Shown here: piece by piece, positions 24,365 through 37,230 of the stretch | Position numbering within the stretch: the first letter of the stretch is position 1 | Layout: each line of letters begins with the position of its first letter | Assembly: GCA_964187785.1 (NCBI GenBank) | Contig: OZ076409.1 | Coordinates: forward strand, 33,172,001-33,236,000 | Reading direction: 5' to 3' | DNA: 64,000 nt | Origin: Amphiscolops sp. MND2022 | Taxonomy: Eukaryota | The notes under the pieces: generated by a model | What the model was told of the DNA's origin: nothing | Seen by the model: only the letters and a program-made list of their open reading frames with translations | Database searches by the model: none | Made by a program: the position numbers and the translations under genes

Positions 24365-27300
24365 TTGCCACGGCTCCAAATACATGACTATATGTCGGTT
24401 CGACAATACGTCATATCAAATCCTCCAAGTATTACCTTTCGCCACTATATCAAGGAAACCAATGGCACCCCGTCCGTTGTCTGGCAGCAACAGATAGAAA
24501 ACGCCTTAAGCAAAACCTATAAAGAAGTACATAGCGATCGCCCAGACCGATACTATGACTTTGACTACACTAAAGACATTGAGACACAATTCCGCCCCTT
24601 ATCATTAGTCAAGGACTACAACCCCCACTACATTGACCCTGAGTACGGAAGAGACCTGTATTGGGATGATGAAATTTACGATAAACCAAAATTACAAATT
24701 CGATGTGACGACTATCCTCCATCAGACGATGAGGACAATCCGGAGCCAGATAATAGCAAACTATCTCGGGCCCTCATTGAGCTTTGGCAGCTAAACACAG
24801 AAGCAATTTCAGAAAAAAACAGAAGCAACTCAACAGCAAGAAGACCATGAAGGCCAACAAAGCCTCTTAGATGAATCAACCTTCTTGCACATTTTAGTGG
24901 AAAAGGAGACAGAACCATGATATATTCTCCTTTCCATCAACCTTGGACTCAAATTCAAAAGGCGGATGCTATACTTCCCAATGGATTTCGGAGAACTGAC
25001 ATTGGACGTCCTAATCGAGACTGGGCCTACTCCAGTGCAATACCAGAAGCAGACCTCCGGAAAATAAGGCTACCAGCGCCTCAGTCCATAGCAAAAGAGG
25101 GACCTGCCTCATCATTTCAAATAATGGTCGCTAATGGAGATATAGAAACACCGAAGAAAACCGTTGAATTAAAATTTGAAGTATGGGACATTGAGTTCAA
25201 TGAAATCTTCATAGTAATGGAAAAACTATCCAGCCCCATAACTGGATTATTCTTCTTGCAAACAAACCACACTGTCGTAGATATGCGCCAAAAAATACTA
25301 AATTTCCTGATGTTTTCTTGATGCAATTAAAAACGGCTGACCACAAGTTTTCAAACGTCATGGAACCCATCCTCAGCCCCAAATGTTATTATTCCGCCAA
25401 ATGACCACACAGTTATACTCATTCCGTCCCAAACTTAAGTAGAAAATGCGGTCACCGGCATATTACAACCCAGTGATCTACTGAATGATGGAAATGACGT
25501 AACCTTGAATGAAGGGACTACGAGGATCCACGTCAACAATTTCACTGAGCAAACCTTCAAACTCCAAAAAGGATGGCACATTGCAAACTTCTCAGTGACG
25601 ACCCCCGAGCAGATGAAACACGTCAGCCCAATAGACCCAGTCTCCACCTGGCATATACTCAACGAAAATGAAGCAGATGCTATATATTACATTAGCAGCC
25701 TTCTTAAAGAGAACAGAAACAATGACCATTACGAACAATATTGGTTTCCAACACACGAAAACCCCGGGAATGAACCGTCTCATACGCCAATTCAGAAAAT
25801 AATTTTAGGAGAACTGAGGAAATTACAAGAAGCCGAAAGACTCAATCCGCAAGAAGACGCAGAATCTCGTCAGAAATTCCTCAAAAAATTCGACTGGAAA
25901 GACTCAATGTTACAACAGAATGAGATAAAACAAATAGAAGCTCTCTTGGTGGAATTCCTTGATATATTTGCCCGCCATAGGTTTGATATCGGCATGAATG
26001 AGGAGTTAACGATCAAATTGACACCGAAAAACGTCTCGCCCGCCTACAGCCAGAGCTTGCCAACGCCAGTCAACTTGAAAAATGACCTTTTGGTGGAATT
26101 TGCATTACTGCACCAATATGGTACCATCACGACATTACCATTCTCCAAGTATGCCAATCCCATTTTCGCGCAAAAGAAGTCCAACGGGAAGTTACGATTA
26201 CTAGTCGACCTTAGAAAGATCAATAATTTAATCTCTGATGATTACATTAGTAATAACCACCCAGTAAGCACACTGATTGATGCTGCTCAGCACATGGCAG
26301 GCAGGAAACTATTTTGCAAACTTGATTGTTCGCAGGGTTACCACTGTCTCCCAATGGTGGACCTGAGGTCCATAGAGAGGTTGGACTTCAAATTCACCAG
26401 CACAACATTTGCCTTCAGGAGACTAGCACAAGGACTCAGCAGAGCCCTATCGGCCTTCTCTAGTTTCATGAGAGAATATCTCGACCGCGTCATTAAAGCG
26501 GATCCATGTGCTCAAAACGTGGATGACATTGGCATTGCAGCCAATGATGCCGATCACCGTATCAGGAACTTGAGAACAACATTCGAGTGCATTAGGCCGG
26601 ATTAAAATTGACAATGCACAAGTGCCACTTCGGCGCGACCGAAATCGACTTCCTAGGAAGGACAATCACCCCTGTAGCTGTCAAACCGCAAAAAGAGAGA
26701 ATCACCAACTTCCTAGAGAGAACAAAATTCCCAAAGTCCAAACAGGCCTTACAACGTTACCTTGGCTCTCTCTATTTTTACAAAAATTACCTTCCAAGGG
26801 TTATGCGATACTCAATGAAGACGATCCAAATCAGAAGTGCGCTTCTGTCAAAAAATCCTTTGCGCCAATTGCATATGGTTCGAAAACTTTGACTCCTTCC
26901 CAATTAAAGATGTCAATATACGCCAAAGAATTCATAGCTATATATTACGCCTTTAAAGAATTTGGTCATATATTCTGGGGAACACCCAAGCTAGTAATTA
27001 TTCTTACAGATAACAAATCGGTCACGAGGTTCTTCCAGACCAATACAATAGCACCGCCACTCTGGAATTTGTCACTCAGTTGAGGTTTATAATAGCTCAC
27101 ATTCCAGGCAAAAACAATACAGCGGCGGACTACCTGTCACGTATGGAAATGGATCCCACAGAAAAGTTGGTCCTTAAAATACCAGCAGATGTTGAATCTC
27201 AGTCCATTGAGGTAAATGTCCAATCAGCCGGCGTGTCTGAACAGACTTGGGAGCGGAGGAGGCAATCTAAAACTGGACTCAAGGTCTCCGAGACCGTCAT

Positions 27301-29159
27301 TCAAAGTGAAGCCATTTCAGAAAAAAACGTAGATGAAAACACCAACTTCACCCAAAAATTGCGCAGAACGAACCAAATACTGTTGGAACAATCTAAGGAT
27401 CAGGTTTTGCTCCAATTGTAAGCAAAAATTCAAAAGGAGGAACTTTCTGAAGAATTCCTTCAACATGGCTTTTGATATAAACATTATCTGAACAATTTAG
27501 ACCGCACAATCCTCAAGGACGAAATTCTGACGCGACAATACTATTATAACGCAGGACAAGTCATTCACCACCAAATGTTATTGCCGAAACAATTATTGAA
27601 AGAGCTACTGCTGGCAATACATGGCACGGCCCATCGATATCCGGGCATCTCTAAAATGCTACAGGAAATCCGCCAGAAGTATTACTACCCGGGGAGTGCA
27701 AAACATGTCAAAAACGAGTAGCAGGCTGTGAAACATGTGCCAAGGGCAGGCATGTTCCAAACAATGTAGTTACACCTGAATTACTAAATTTGCCTGAAGG
27801 GGACCTCGGCCCAGAAGATGCCATGCTGATCGACTTACTCCCAATTTTACCTACCATTGGTGGATACCAAACAGTAATGACGGCCATTGATGTTTTTTTG
27901 AGATACTTATTTGACTACCCACTAACTGAGGCGACAGCCGCCAATGTGGTCAAGGTGATATCATGACGAAACACTTTTACTTACCGACGACTCTCATCAC
28001 GGACAAGGAGTCGGCATTCACATCGACCATCGTAGTAATTCAAATTTTGGGCATAACACTCAAATGCGCAACTACAAAACACCCGCAAACGATTGGCAAA
28101 TTAGAAAGGACGCACGCCTTTCCTCAAAACTAATTTGAAGATGGCCTCAGGGGAATACTTGCCACTAGCTGTCCTTAATTACAATACTACGTATCACTCT
28201 AGCATTGGTTGGGCCAAAGTTTCCAATGGGCCAAATCCCTATAACGTACTAGATCACAAAGTAGGAAACAATCCTAACAAAAACTTTCTACCATCAAAAG
28301 AGTTTGCGAAGTAGTACAAAACAGAACACGAATCCTCATAGATCAAACCAAAGAAAACATAATGCAGTCGTACTTGAAGTACAAAGACTATTACAACCCG
28401 AAGGCCAAAGCTGCTCCACTTAAAGAAAAGACTATTGCTTTATTCTACAGCCTAAAGCGGACAGCCAAGCATCAAAAATTCCGTTTAGAGATATATAGAT
28501 GGATTGGCCCTTATATCGTTCAGGAAAAACTGTCCAATTGTAATTACAATTACATTGTGCGTCGATTAATTACAAACAAAACGCAAATTCTACATCGAAT
28601 TAGATTAAAGAAACTCGTGTCGAACACGCCCTTAGAGGACGATTACTCTAGCGAAAAATTACAGCCTGACGAAGAGATAGGAATACCGCAAGACGACTAG
28701 TATACTATTTCATGAGCGGTAGACTTCGACTACGAGTTATTTGAAACGCGAAAAGATAACTGGCCAGACACGGCCACACGTCTGCCGAATGACGCCGCGA
28801 GCGGTGGAGTGGACTATTACGTCATCGAAGATGAACGCTGCAGCGCGGATGAACATGAACAACGCAGCTGCGAGCTAGCGAATGAAAGTGACGTCAACGA
28901 GGATGAAAGGAAGCCGAGACCGGCCAACAGCCGAGACGCGACGTCCCCGCTAAATGAATCGCATAGTGAAACAGAAAATGAAAATGACGTCACTAATGAA
29001 TTAGAAAATACGGAAATTGCTTCAAATGGAGGCGCAGATATTACCGTGCCCGGAATATCGGAAAATGAAAAAAATGAAGAAAATTCTAGTCCTAGAGGAG
29101 GGAAATATATCCTTCAACCTAACCCCAACCCCATCTTTTCTGATGAACACAGATACTAG
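24365..29159 (+). pseudogene. pol: Gypsy-1 pol (PR, RT, partly deleted RNase H, integrase)
   Basis: LDVLIETG protease remnant; GKLRLLVDLRKIN, KLDCSQGYH, QNVDDIGI (RT); IYAKEFIAIY, TDNKS, NTAADYLSR (RH); HG..PG..IRQKYYYP, CETC, WIGPY (IN). Confidence 0.92.
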
Positions 29160-29382
29160 CCAGACATCTAAATTGGTGTCCCGATTGTCACGTGGACTAA
29201 CTGATCATTTTTACTTGGGACTACACTGACAAAGAAATTTAGATATGAAATAAACACAACAAAACAGACTCAGTGGCGTACCAATAAAGCCACGGAAGTA
29301 CAACAATAAATAGAACAAATTCAGATCAAGTTTACGATAAATACAGAAACACAAATAGAGCACAAATGTACACTATGTACAT

Positions 29383-32300
29383 TTAGGATTTAGATGTGGA
29401 TTGCTCAAGAACTTGTGAATTAGAACCCTCCTTTGTCGGTTCTGTAGACTCAAAAGCTACCTTCCGCTTCCCTTTCCCAGGAGATCCTTTCCGACGACTG
29501 CAAGTAACAGGCGAGGTAGAACAAGAGGCGGAACGACTAGAAGACGCTGACTTGGATTTCTGCGTGAGAGATTTGTGCTTTTGGCAAAGAGTCTTATAGA
29601 AGTCAGCCAGCCCGAATACATCGACATCACGAGTCCATGGATCACCATCCACCTTGCCCGTATGAAATTCCTGCTCTATCTCTCGGAGTTTGCTCAGCGA
29701 ATCAACCTTTGTACAGACGGATATGGAGTCAAGAACTCGTGCCAGATAAAATTGGGCAGGCAAACGTACATCCCCCAACTACAGCTAGGTCTCTGAATGT
29801 CGACATCATGGAATGGAATGAAAGGGAGCAGAGGGATGTTCACAGTAAGGCACATGCAACTCTATTGGAAAAGTCGATGAAGGTGAACTCGGTGGCGAAA
29901 TTCGGACATTGCTGACAGTAAATCAACCATGTCAGAAAACCCATTGGGCGAATTCTTTAGAGCATGGTAAGTTTAACGAAAATGTCCAACAAACTCTAGA
30001 TACTCGTCCCGACAGTCGTTTTCGGGGGACCCTTCGAACCAGCCGCGAAGACTAAAACTCTGGTACAAGGCTGTGAAGCAAAAGCTGGCCAAAGCATGCC
30101 ATTCCCCTCACGATGTTAGCATTCAGACTGATGTGGTTCAAGAAGTTCTCAAGAAGGTTAACGAGATGGCTTCTAGCCTTCGCGACGAATTTCTCGTTCA
30201 CGTCATCAACTAATTCAGCCATATTAGGATTGGGGCTCCCGGTCACTGTTATCGCGCTTCACCTTAGCTGTGGAAGCCGCATCAAGATCCTGCTTCAGAT
30301 GTAATCGGGTAAGGAAATTGCTAGAAGACAATTGTCGAAGCTCGGCAGTCCGGAGTACGGGTAACTGTGTCCAGTCAGTCTCTTTTGACAGATGCTTCGG
30401 AAGTAACGACCGGTAGCAGAGTTTCCTGATGAAGCTGTTTAGTTGGCCAAAGGTAAAAAAACCCGGAGTCTTTGTGCCCGGCCAAGCTCCTTTCGAAACA
30501 GACGTTGTCTAAACAGTGATATCAATAATAAAACTTTGACCTACGAACCTTTGGACAAATTAGATACTCAAGATACCTTAGGATTCTAAACGAGAGAACT
30601 GAGAAAAGGATACTTACAATCGTATACAATCCGCCCATAAATTTCCAGTTTGACCAAGAAGAAGTCATTGCTGATAATCTGCCACTCCAGACTCTGGAAG
30701 AAAACAGAACCCGTCAATAATGTTTGTGCCATGAGACAACTGGGACCAAGGCAGTATTTACACCTGTTATTGACCTAAACTTCAACCTTATTTTTAACCC
30801 CAATAATTTCATAGCTGGGTGCAATTCTCATGATGTGATCCAGAAAAGGCTACCAGTTCGTATTGATTTCTGAGCATTTAGCGGGGATGGAACAGAGTCG
30901 CAAATTACAATTGCTAATGGCCTAAAAGCAATGCCATGGTATAGACACAGGAACCTCAATCAAGCCCTGTTGCTAAAAAAAAGAATCTTACTTCGGTGAA
31001 GCCAGAGCCTTGGCATACCAGGGCTCGTCAAGATATTGTGCCAGGTACACCAGCAAATATTCGAGCTGCGTATAAAAGTCAATACGCCCAAACACACTCC
31101 CTTTTCGTTTTTGCATTAACTTATGCATATAAAAGACCTGGTAACGGAAGGGGTACTCAATGCCCTTCTTCAACAAAGCGGACTTCTCAACTGTTTGGAG
31201 GACGTCGAAGGTACAGCCTGACATGCAGACGATTTGAGGCACAGGGACAGGTGGGACAAGAGTTGTGCAATAACGAGTAGCTGGTTGCGGTCGGGATCAG
31301 AAGCCAAGCTGTACTGCATGAGTTGAGGTATTCTGACTTCCAGTACCGTAAAGAGGCAATCTCCTTGCTTCCTTGTGGCTCGAATTGAATAGAGTACAAC
31401 CCGGAATCGTTGACGGTTTGAGCCACATCTTCAATACCACGCAAGAAGACGTGATGAAAGATAGCCTGAAACAACCAATCTCACTTGAAAGCACGTGTCT
31501 AGCAAGTAAATTACTATGTGACCTCCCCTATCTCACTCAAAACCCTAGTAAGAACGAAGCAAGGTACATACCGTGAGCGTGGTGGAACTTAAATCAAGAT
31601 TCCCAAACAGGTCCTGGTGTTTGGCGAAGTTGCCCGTGTCAGTCCAAAGTCTTTGGAAGATTGTAAGATCGCCAAAGTAAGGGACAAATCGACCAATCAG
31701 AGAAACTTGAGTCCCTAAACGGACATCTTCAGGGTTCGTCAATCCTTTTGCACTGGTCATATACTCGTCATAGAAGGGGTAACGGGGGGCAATAACGACA
31801 AGGGGCGCTGATTCGAATGGGGGGCTTCTCCTTTTCCAGCTCGAACATGGAAAATTTGTCCCCGTCCTTCCCTCTGACAGCAAGAACAGTGGTGCCTGTG
31901 ATTTTATCAAGTTTTCCGAAGTGTTCGTACGGCCAACGTTGGTCTTTCCTGAGGTGGTTCTCATACTGGTAATGGCGGACGATCACTCGTGCTCCTTTAG
32001 AGAAAAAAGATACATTGGTTTGGCGTATCTGGCAGTAGTACTTGTGCTTATTGTGCACAGGGTCCAGCGGGCCAGTAACGAACACCCTCGTCCATTGAAT
32101 CCCCTTGAAGTAAGCGGGCTTCATCACCTTGCCCGGCCGGTTTAGCGTCTTCTTCCTTTTCCGAGGTGGTCCGAGATTGACTTGTTGGTGCTTAGTTTGA
32201 GGACATATGGTACACAGATGTTCGTAATCGCCCTCGCTTTATCCAGGACTAGGGACAGTAGTTTGTCCTGAGAATGAGCCTCTGCCTGTTCCTCTCGTTG

Positions 32301-33512
32301 CGGCACACAATCTTGCAGGCAGGTGTACTGGAGTCGGATTCGACTTCTTGGCTCATAGACGCCCCTCCTCTTTCCTCATCGGTCGCGTAGGCCCCACTGG
32401 TGTTGTCATCAGTCGTGTAGCCCTCACTGTCTGATTCTCCCTCAGAACTAGCAGTCATGCCCCTGTTGTGAGTAGGCCCTTTAATTAGAGCCTTCCTTAG
32501 CTGTCCTGCAGTTTGTCTTTTCCCTCCGTGGACTGCCTGTAGAACCAGTGAACGCAAGGAGTGCAATGAAGACTTAACTGGTTCGTCAGAAACAGTTTTC
32601 AAAATGGCATGGATCTGTGGCTCGCTGAATGCCACCGTTGTTTTCCCCCCTGGGAAGCTCAATAGGAGTGTTTTGTGCAAAATACTTGCGAAGCATGATT
32701 CGGCCGTTGGCAGACAATTCTGTGGGTAAAGCGGGTTCTTTGTGGGGATGGGAACCCGGAGGCTTACTGGTGCCCTGACTCATTGTTTCCTGAGGCTTAT
32801 CTGGGGCAGGAAGAGAATCGAATCCCACAAAACTTGAAGTAGGCCTGTCGGTCAATCCGTTTGCTCTAGCACTGTCGTATACGTCTTCTATTTCACTTGC
32901 GTCCGTTTCAAAATAACTTTTCTGCTGCTCCTCTGGTAAGTCAAACGTACTTGGGTCAAACAGCCTGAAAGTCCCTTGTTGCTCGGTATCAATTTTCTGG
33001 ATTTTGGGCTGGGTAGTAGTCAAGGCCTCAGATTTCGAGAATTTGTTAGTGGAAGATTCACGCTCTCCCTACTGGAAACTCTCGTTTGGTGCTTATAAAA
33101 AGGTGATGTCCAAGCTGGAATCTTAGTGGGCCAAGGTACGCAATGTATAATCCGCGAACGTGGAGAGACTCTCTTCGGTGTTGCCACTACTGGAGGACAA
33201 GTTGGACAAAGGACGGGCTTTTGGATGTAATACGGTCCTGTTCTCTTCAACCAGTTGGAGATTATCACTGTGCTGGCGACCCGACAAATCCTGCGCAAGA
33301 AGGGCAGGGTCAGTAATTTGTGGTTCATTTGCTTCAATCTGTCGTTCAGACGTCTTGTCTAAGCAAAAAGAAAAGAAATCAAGCGGAAGTCTTCCTGAAT
33401 ATAAATCCATTACCGCGTTTAAAAATCTTCCGGAAGTAGATAATTTTGAACTCAAGTGAATACTCGAGATATTGGACAGGAAGTACGTGAATGAAATGAG
33501 AGTTCTGATCAA
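29383..33512 (-). pseudogene. Antisense multi-exon cargo gene of Gypsy-1: zinc-finger, hAT-transposase-like protein (decayed)
   Basis: Chain of minus-strand ORFs; predicted GT-AG introns 31466-31571, 30922-30991, 30509-30617; W..C-x2-(C>R)..H-x5-H finger near 31960-32100; 5' end uncertain. Confidence 0.6.
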
Positions 33513-34325
33513 ACCTCGAATTATTTCAACATTAAAATAAAACTGAAAAGAAGCTTGAAGCCCACTGATCTGTTTGATTGTGGCCCTCGGGAAGATCGTG
33601 GGTTGAGTCCGCCATGAGCGCTGATGGATTAGAAATGGGTGCGTCCTTCTTCAAACGTGAACGTAAATTGGAGCTGGCTGGGGCTGCCAAGAAAAGGATT
33701 AGAAGTCAATTGACAAGAATGATCCGAGAGAATTCTCACAGACCGGGGTGAATGGACACTGAGTCCCGAGATGGGGATGATGCAGAAGATGATTGCAATT
33801 AGTTATAATACACCAACTAAACAACTGACTATTGATTAAATACTGGCAAAGACTAAAGACTAGATAAAACAGAGGAAGAAGGTAATGAAGGAATTGAGTA
33901 TAAAGAATTGGATAGTTAAATTGGCGATTTGACAAGATGTTGGTATTGGAGTTCATGGCTATACGGATTGGTGTCAAAATTTTTGTTTTATACAATTACG
34001 ACATTATATGGATAGAGTCTGCCAGCGATATCTACATTGTTTCATTTATTTCGAAAACTTTGTTTTTTACGAGTTATTTCATGATTTTATCATTGTTTTA
34101 ATTATTTTCAAGGTCATTTTATATTGTTCTTTATATGGATATTCAGTCTTGGGAAGCCATCCTAAATCGAGAGAAAACTTACTGCTCTCCTATTGGCTAA
34201 CCAGATTTGAGGTGGACGGCGTGGCCTCCAGCCATATCTTCATCCACTTGGAACTCTCAAGTACCTAATGAGTGTTAATAAACACTTGAAGTAACACTCC
34301 TAACTTGGAAGTGCTAGCATAACTG

Positions 34326-35394
34326 ATGATAGTCAACAAGGCCGTTTTCGGCAATTACAAAGCGACTCAGTGGCTTGATGAAAGAGTTCGAGAGGAGAAT
34401 AAGGTTATTGAGAATTTACCTGCCGGGAAATGCAAAAACCCGGGAAAAGCGAAACGAAAATTCCTGTGGTCTGATGAAAGAAAAATGTCATTCTCTCAGT
34501 TTCATTCTCGAAAATCAGCTGCTCTCCTTGAATTTAAAATTGAGACGCAACTTCCCTTCCCTTCCAAAAGAGCGAAGAATATATTTAAAAGAAGACACGA
34601 AATGGATAAATTTCTCTCAAGACAACAGGACGCGGAAACCTGAACGAATGTACCCGGAAGACTTTCAAGGAGCTGCCCCAGGAGGCGGGATAATCTACAT
34701 ATCAAGTGATGAAGACGAGGCTATGGAATGTAAGAGTGTTTCTTCCATCACTGATTTCCTACCCTCCTCGGAGGACGAGTCGGAAAAAGTGGCCATGATG
34801 GCCCTATATGTTGAAACACAAATGCCTACGCCAATTCCCCATTCCTGCCGCTCCTTCTACTGCCTCAGATAAATCCAACGAGCCCAAAAGACCAAATATG
34901 CTTCCTTTTCCAACATTCGATCAAACCTATTTTAGTCTGGGGAGAGGCAATGGGCCCCTGAAGGCGGACGACAGGGTTAAACCAAACCACCCGATAAATC
35001 TACCCCGCAACCTAATCCTGCAGGTAGATAACCACTATCTCCTCCAGATGCAGACAAAGGGCAATTTTAACCTGAATCGACATCTAGCAGCGGTTATTCG
35101 TCAGATGCCCCAACAGTGGTTTCAGTGGCGAACCGCTTCAACGACTTGGAGATCGAAGGGAATACAATTCAAGCTACTTATTCCGACTGTGTAATCTGCG
35201 GCAAGCCGACCGAACAAATACGTGAGGAAGCTGTCAACGATTACATTGATGAGACAGTTGCTGTTGTAGAAACACTAGCAGAAACTCAAGCGAGGATTAG
35301 GGCGTTCCTGGACGGAATGACTGCCGGGACTTTTCTTCTTATTCCGGGGGAGTGTCGCGGGCTGCCGCCTGCAATGCGAATTTCTACACAATAA
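34326..35394 (+). pseudogene. Sense-strand accessory ORF(s) of Gypsy-1, unknown function
   Basis: Overlapping plus-strand ORFs with an acidic tract (IYISSDEDE) and a CVICGK motif followed by a helical segment. Confidence 0.45.
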
Positions 35395-36169
35395 GCTACA
35401 GCTGTCATCGAGACTTTCCCGGTATCTCTGAATTAAAACTAATTTCCTCAAAACTTTAAAATTATCACCTAGAATTCAGTATTGTTATGCCAAATTATGA
35501 TGTTGCTTAGTATCAAAACTCGGACCACATGTAAATTTTTTTCCACTTAGTCGATTTTTTTATGTTAGATTGGTATTTTGTTGTTTCACACATGTAAAAG
35601 TGCAATATGTAATTAGTTGTGATAGTAGTTGGACACCAAGGCGTACAGGCAAAGGAAACGTGTTCAAATGTTCCTTTGCTTGTCGCCTTGGACCAGTAGT
35701 CCACGAGATTATAAACCAATCACAGCGCAGTCTGCTTGTTGAACAACGCTGTTTGGTACAGCATTTATTCATCTTTTCGGTGCTATGGCAGCGGGACTAC
35801 CAGTCCACTTTGAAATGCAATATGATATGCAGAGATGTACTTGGTGAATTTGTACAGCCCTTAAGGCCTATAGTAAATTGCTGTTACAGATGCACATATT
35901 TCTTAGTCGAAGTTCGCACCTGAAACTATGATAAACTCACAGTCCTTTTCCCCCTTTTCTCTAAGCTTTCCCAAATGAGATGGTGTTTCCATAAATAGTC
36001 CATATCATGAAGTGCCATGGATTATGGCCCTTGTGCCTATTTACTATTTCTCTTCACTTGCTGTACATGTAACCAATAAGAGTTGTTTCACACGTAATGT
36101 TTTTTAACGTGAACCAATCAAACGGCCTACAAGGCTACGTAAACACCACACGTTGACGCTGTTGTTTTT

Positions 36170-36183
36170 TATATATATGAATA

Positions 36184-36219
<36 letters not shown>
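36170..36219. repeat. (TA)n microsatellite
   Basis: Directly visible. Confidence 0.95.
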
Positions 36220-36222
<3 letters not shown>

Positions 36223-36268
36223 TCATTGCGTCACGTTGCTGCTATTTTTAGAACTACGTCATTGTGTT

Positions 36269-37051
36269 TGTAAGGACACGTAGTCCTTTGCAGCTATTTT
36301 TAGAACTCCTGTTCTGAAATTAGATTGATGGCACTCTATTTTTGGAAGTCATGCAGTGTTGGTTTTAAATAACTGGGACTTGTAATCCCGGGAGACACTT
36401 TTTCTTGAGTCACAATCAGTTCGTTGATACCCAATCGAATAAAACTCTGTTTGCAAGCCTGAGAACTTGATTTAAATTCTTACCTCTTGCAATAATCTCT
36501 TATGCCTTCTACTAGACGTCAGAAAGCGAAAGCTCGAAAATCTAGAGAAATGGACACATTGTCCGATATAGATAAATTGGACGTGATGCTAGGAGATGGG
36601 GGTAGTAATCCTATCGAAAAAGAGTTAGCTGATGCTATTAAACAACCATCAGTGTAAGGAGATACTGAGACTAACGCGCATCTTAGAGACCAATATGCAA
36701 GTTTCACTTTTGAAAACAATCCCCCCAGACAAAGTGATGTTAGACAATCCTTTGAGACTTTTTCAAATGGATTTAATCTCAGATTATCTCAAGAGATGGA
36801 CTCAATGATGTCTATGATGCATAGCCAAATAAATAGAGCCATTAACACTGCTATAGCTGAGAGATTTATTCCTGAGATCCAAAACATTCTGAGCTCGATG
36901 TCCTCTTCAGGGAACAGGGACACTGAGGCCAGTGTGTCACCAAATAGTCAGAAAAGTAAGGAATGTTCATCCGGGTCCAAATCGAAATTTACAAAAAAGG
37001 ACTCATGGTCCGTGTGTGATTTGAGAGACACCAGAGGCCGTGGTCATTACA
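36269..37051 (+). repeat. Gypsy-1 3' LTR, left boundary uncertain
   Basis: Homology to the 5' LTR is provable from 36349; TGTAAGGAC at 36269 is an imperfect inverse of the terminal GTCATTACA, but no PPT precedes it, so the LTR may start further left. Confidence 0.75.
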
Positions 37052-37230
37052 ACATCCTTCTCAGATTCACGACAATCACGTCACAACATACTCTAAAATT
37101 TAATCTATCACGGGATTGAATGGGCAATGGACAAGGCCAGGGGAAAAGTTTGCATCTCATGGTCGCCCGGAAGGTCAATACCAATTTGAAAAAGGGACAA
37201 CTCATATCAAGCGATAACTTATATCAACCA

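Larger units (their letters stand above)
22522..37051 (+). mobile_element. Gypsy-1: Ty3/Gypsy LTR retrotransposon of at least 14.5 kb with about 6 kb of cargo after integrase
   Basis: 703-bp ungapped direct repeat (22522-23224 = 36349-37051) ending TACA; PBS-like TGTTGACAGGAGC; gag-PR-RT-RH-IN order; left end and TSD are lost in the gap. Confidence 0.92.

Noticed and set aside
29271..29282. CAGTGGCGTACC as a hAT-like left TIR for the antisense gene
   Set aside because: No matching inverted copy or 8-bp TSD found between 33500 and 36300; kept only as the alternative to test
35935..35965. Minus-strand purine tract followed by TGT, like a PPT and LTR start
   Set aside because: No second LTR copy or minus-strand gag-pol supports it
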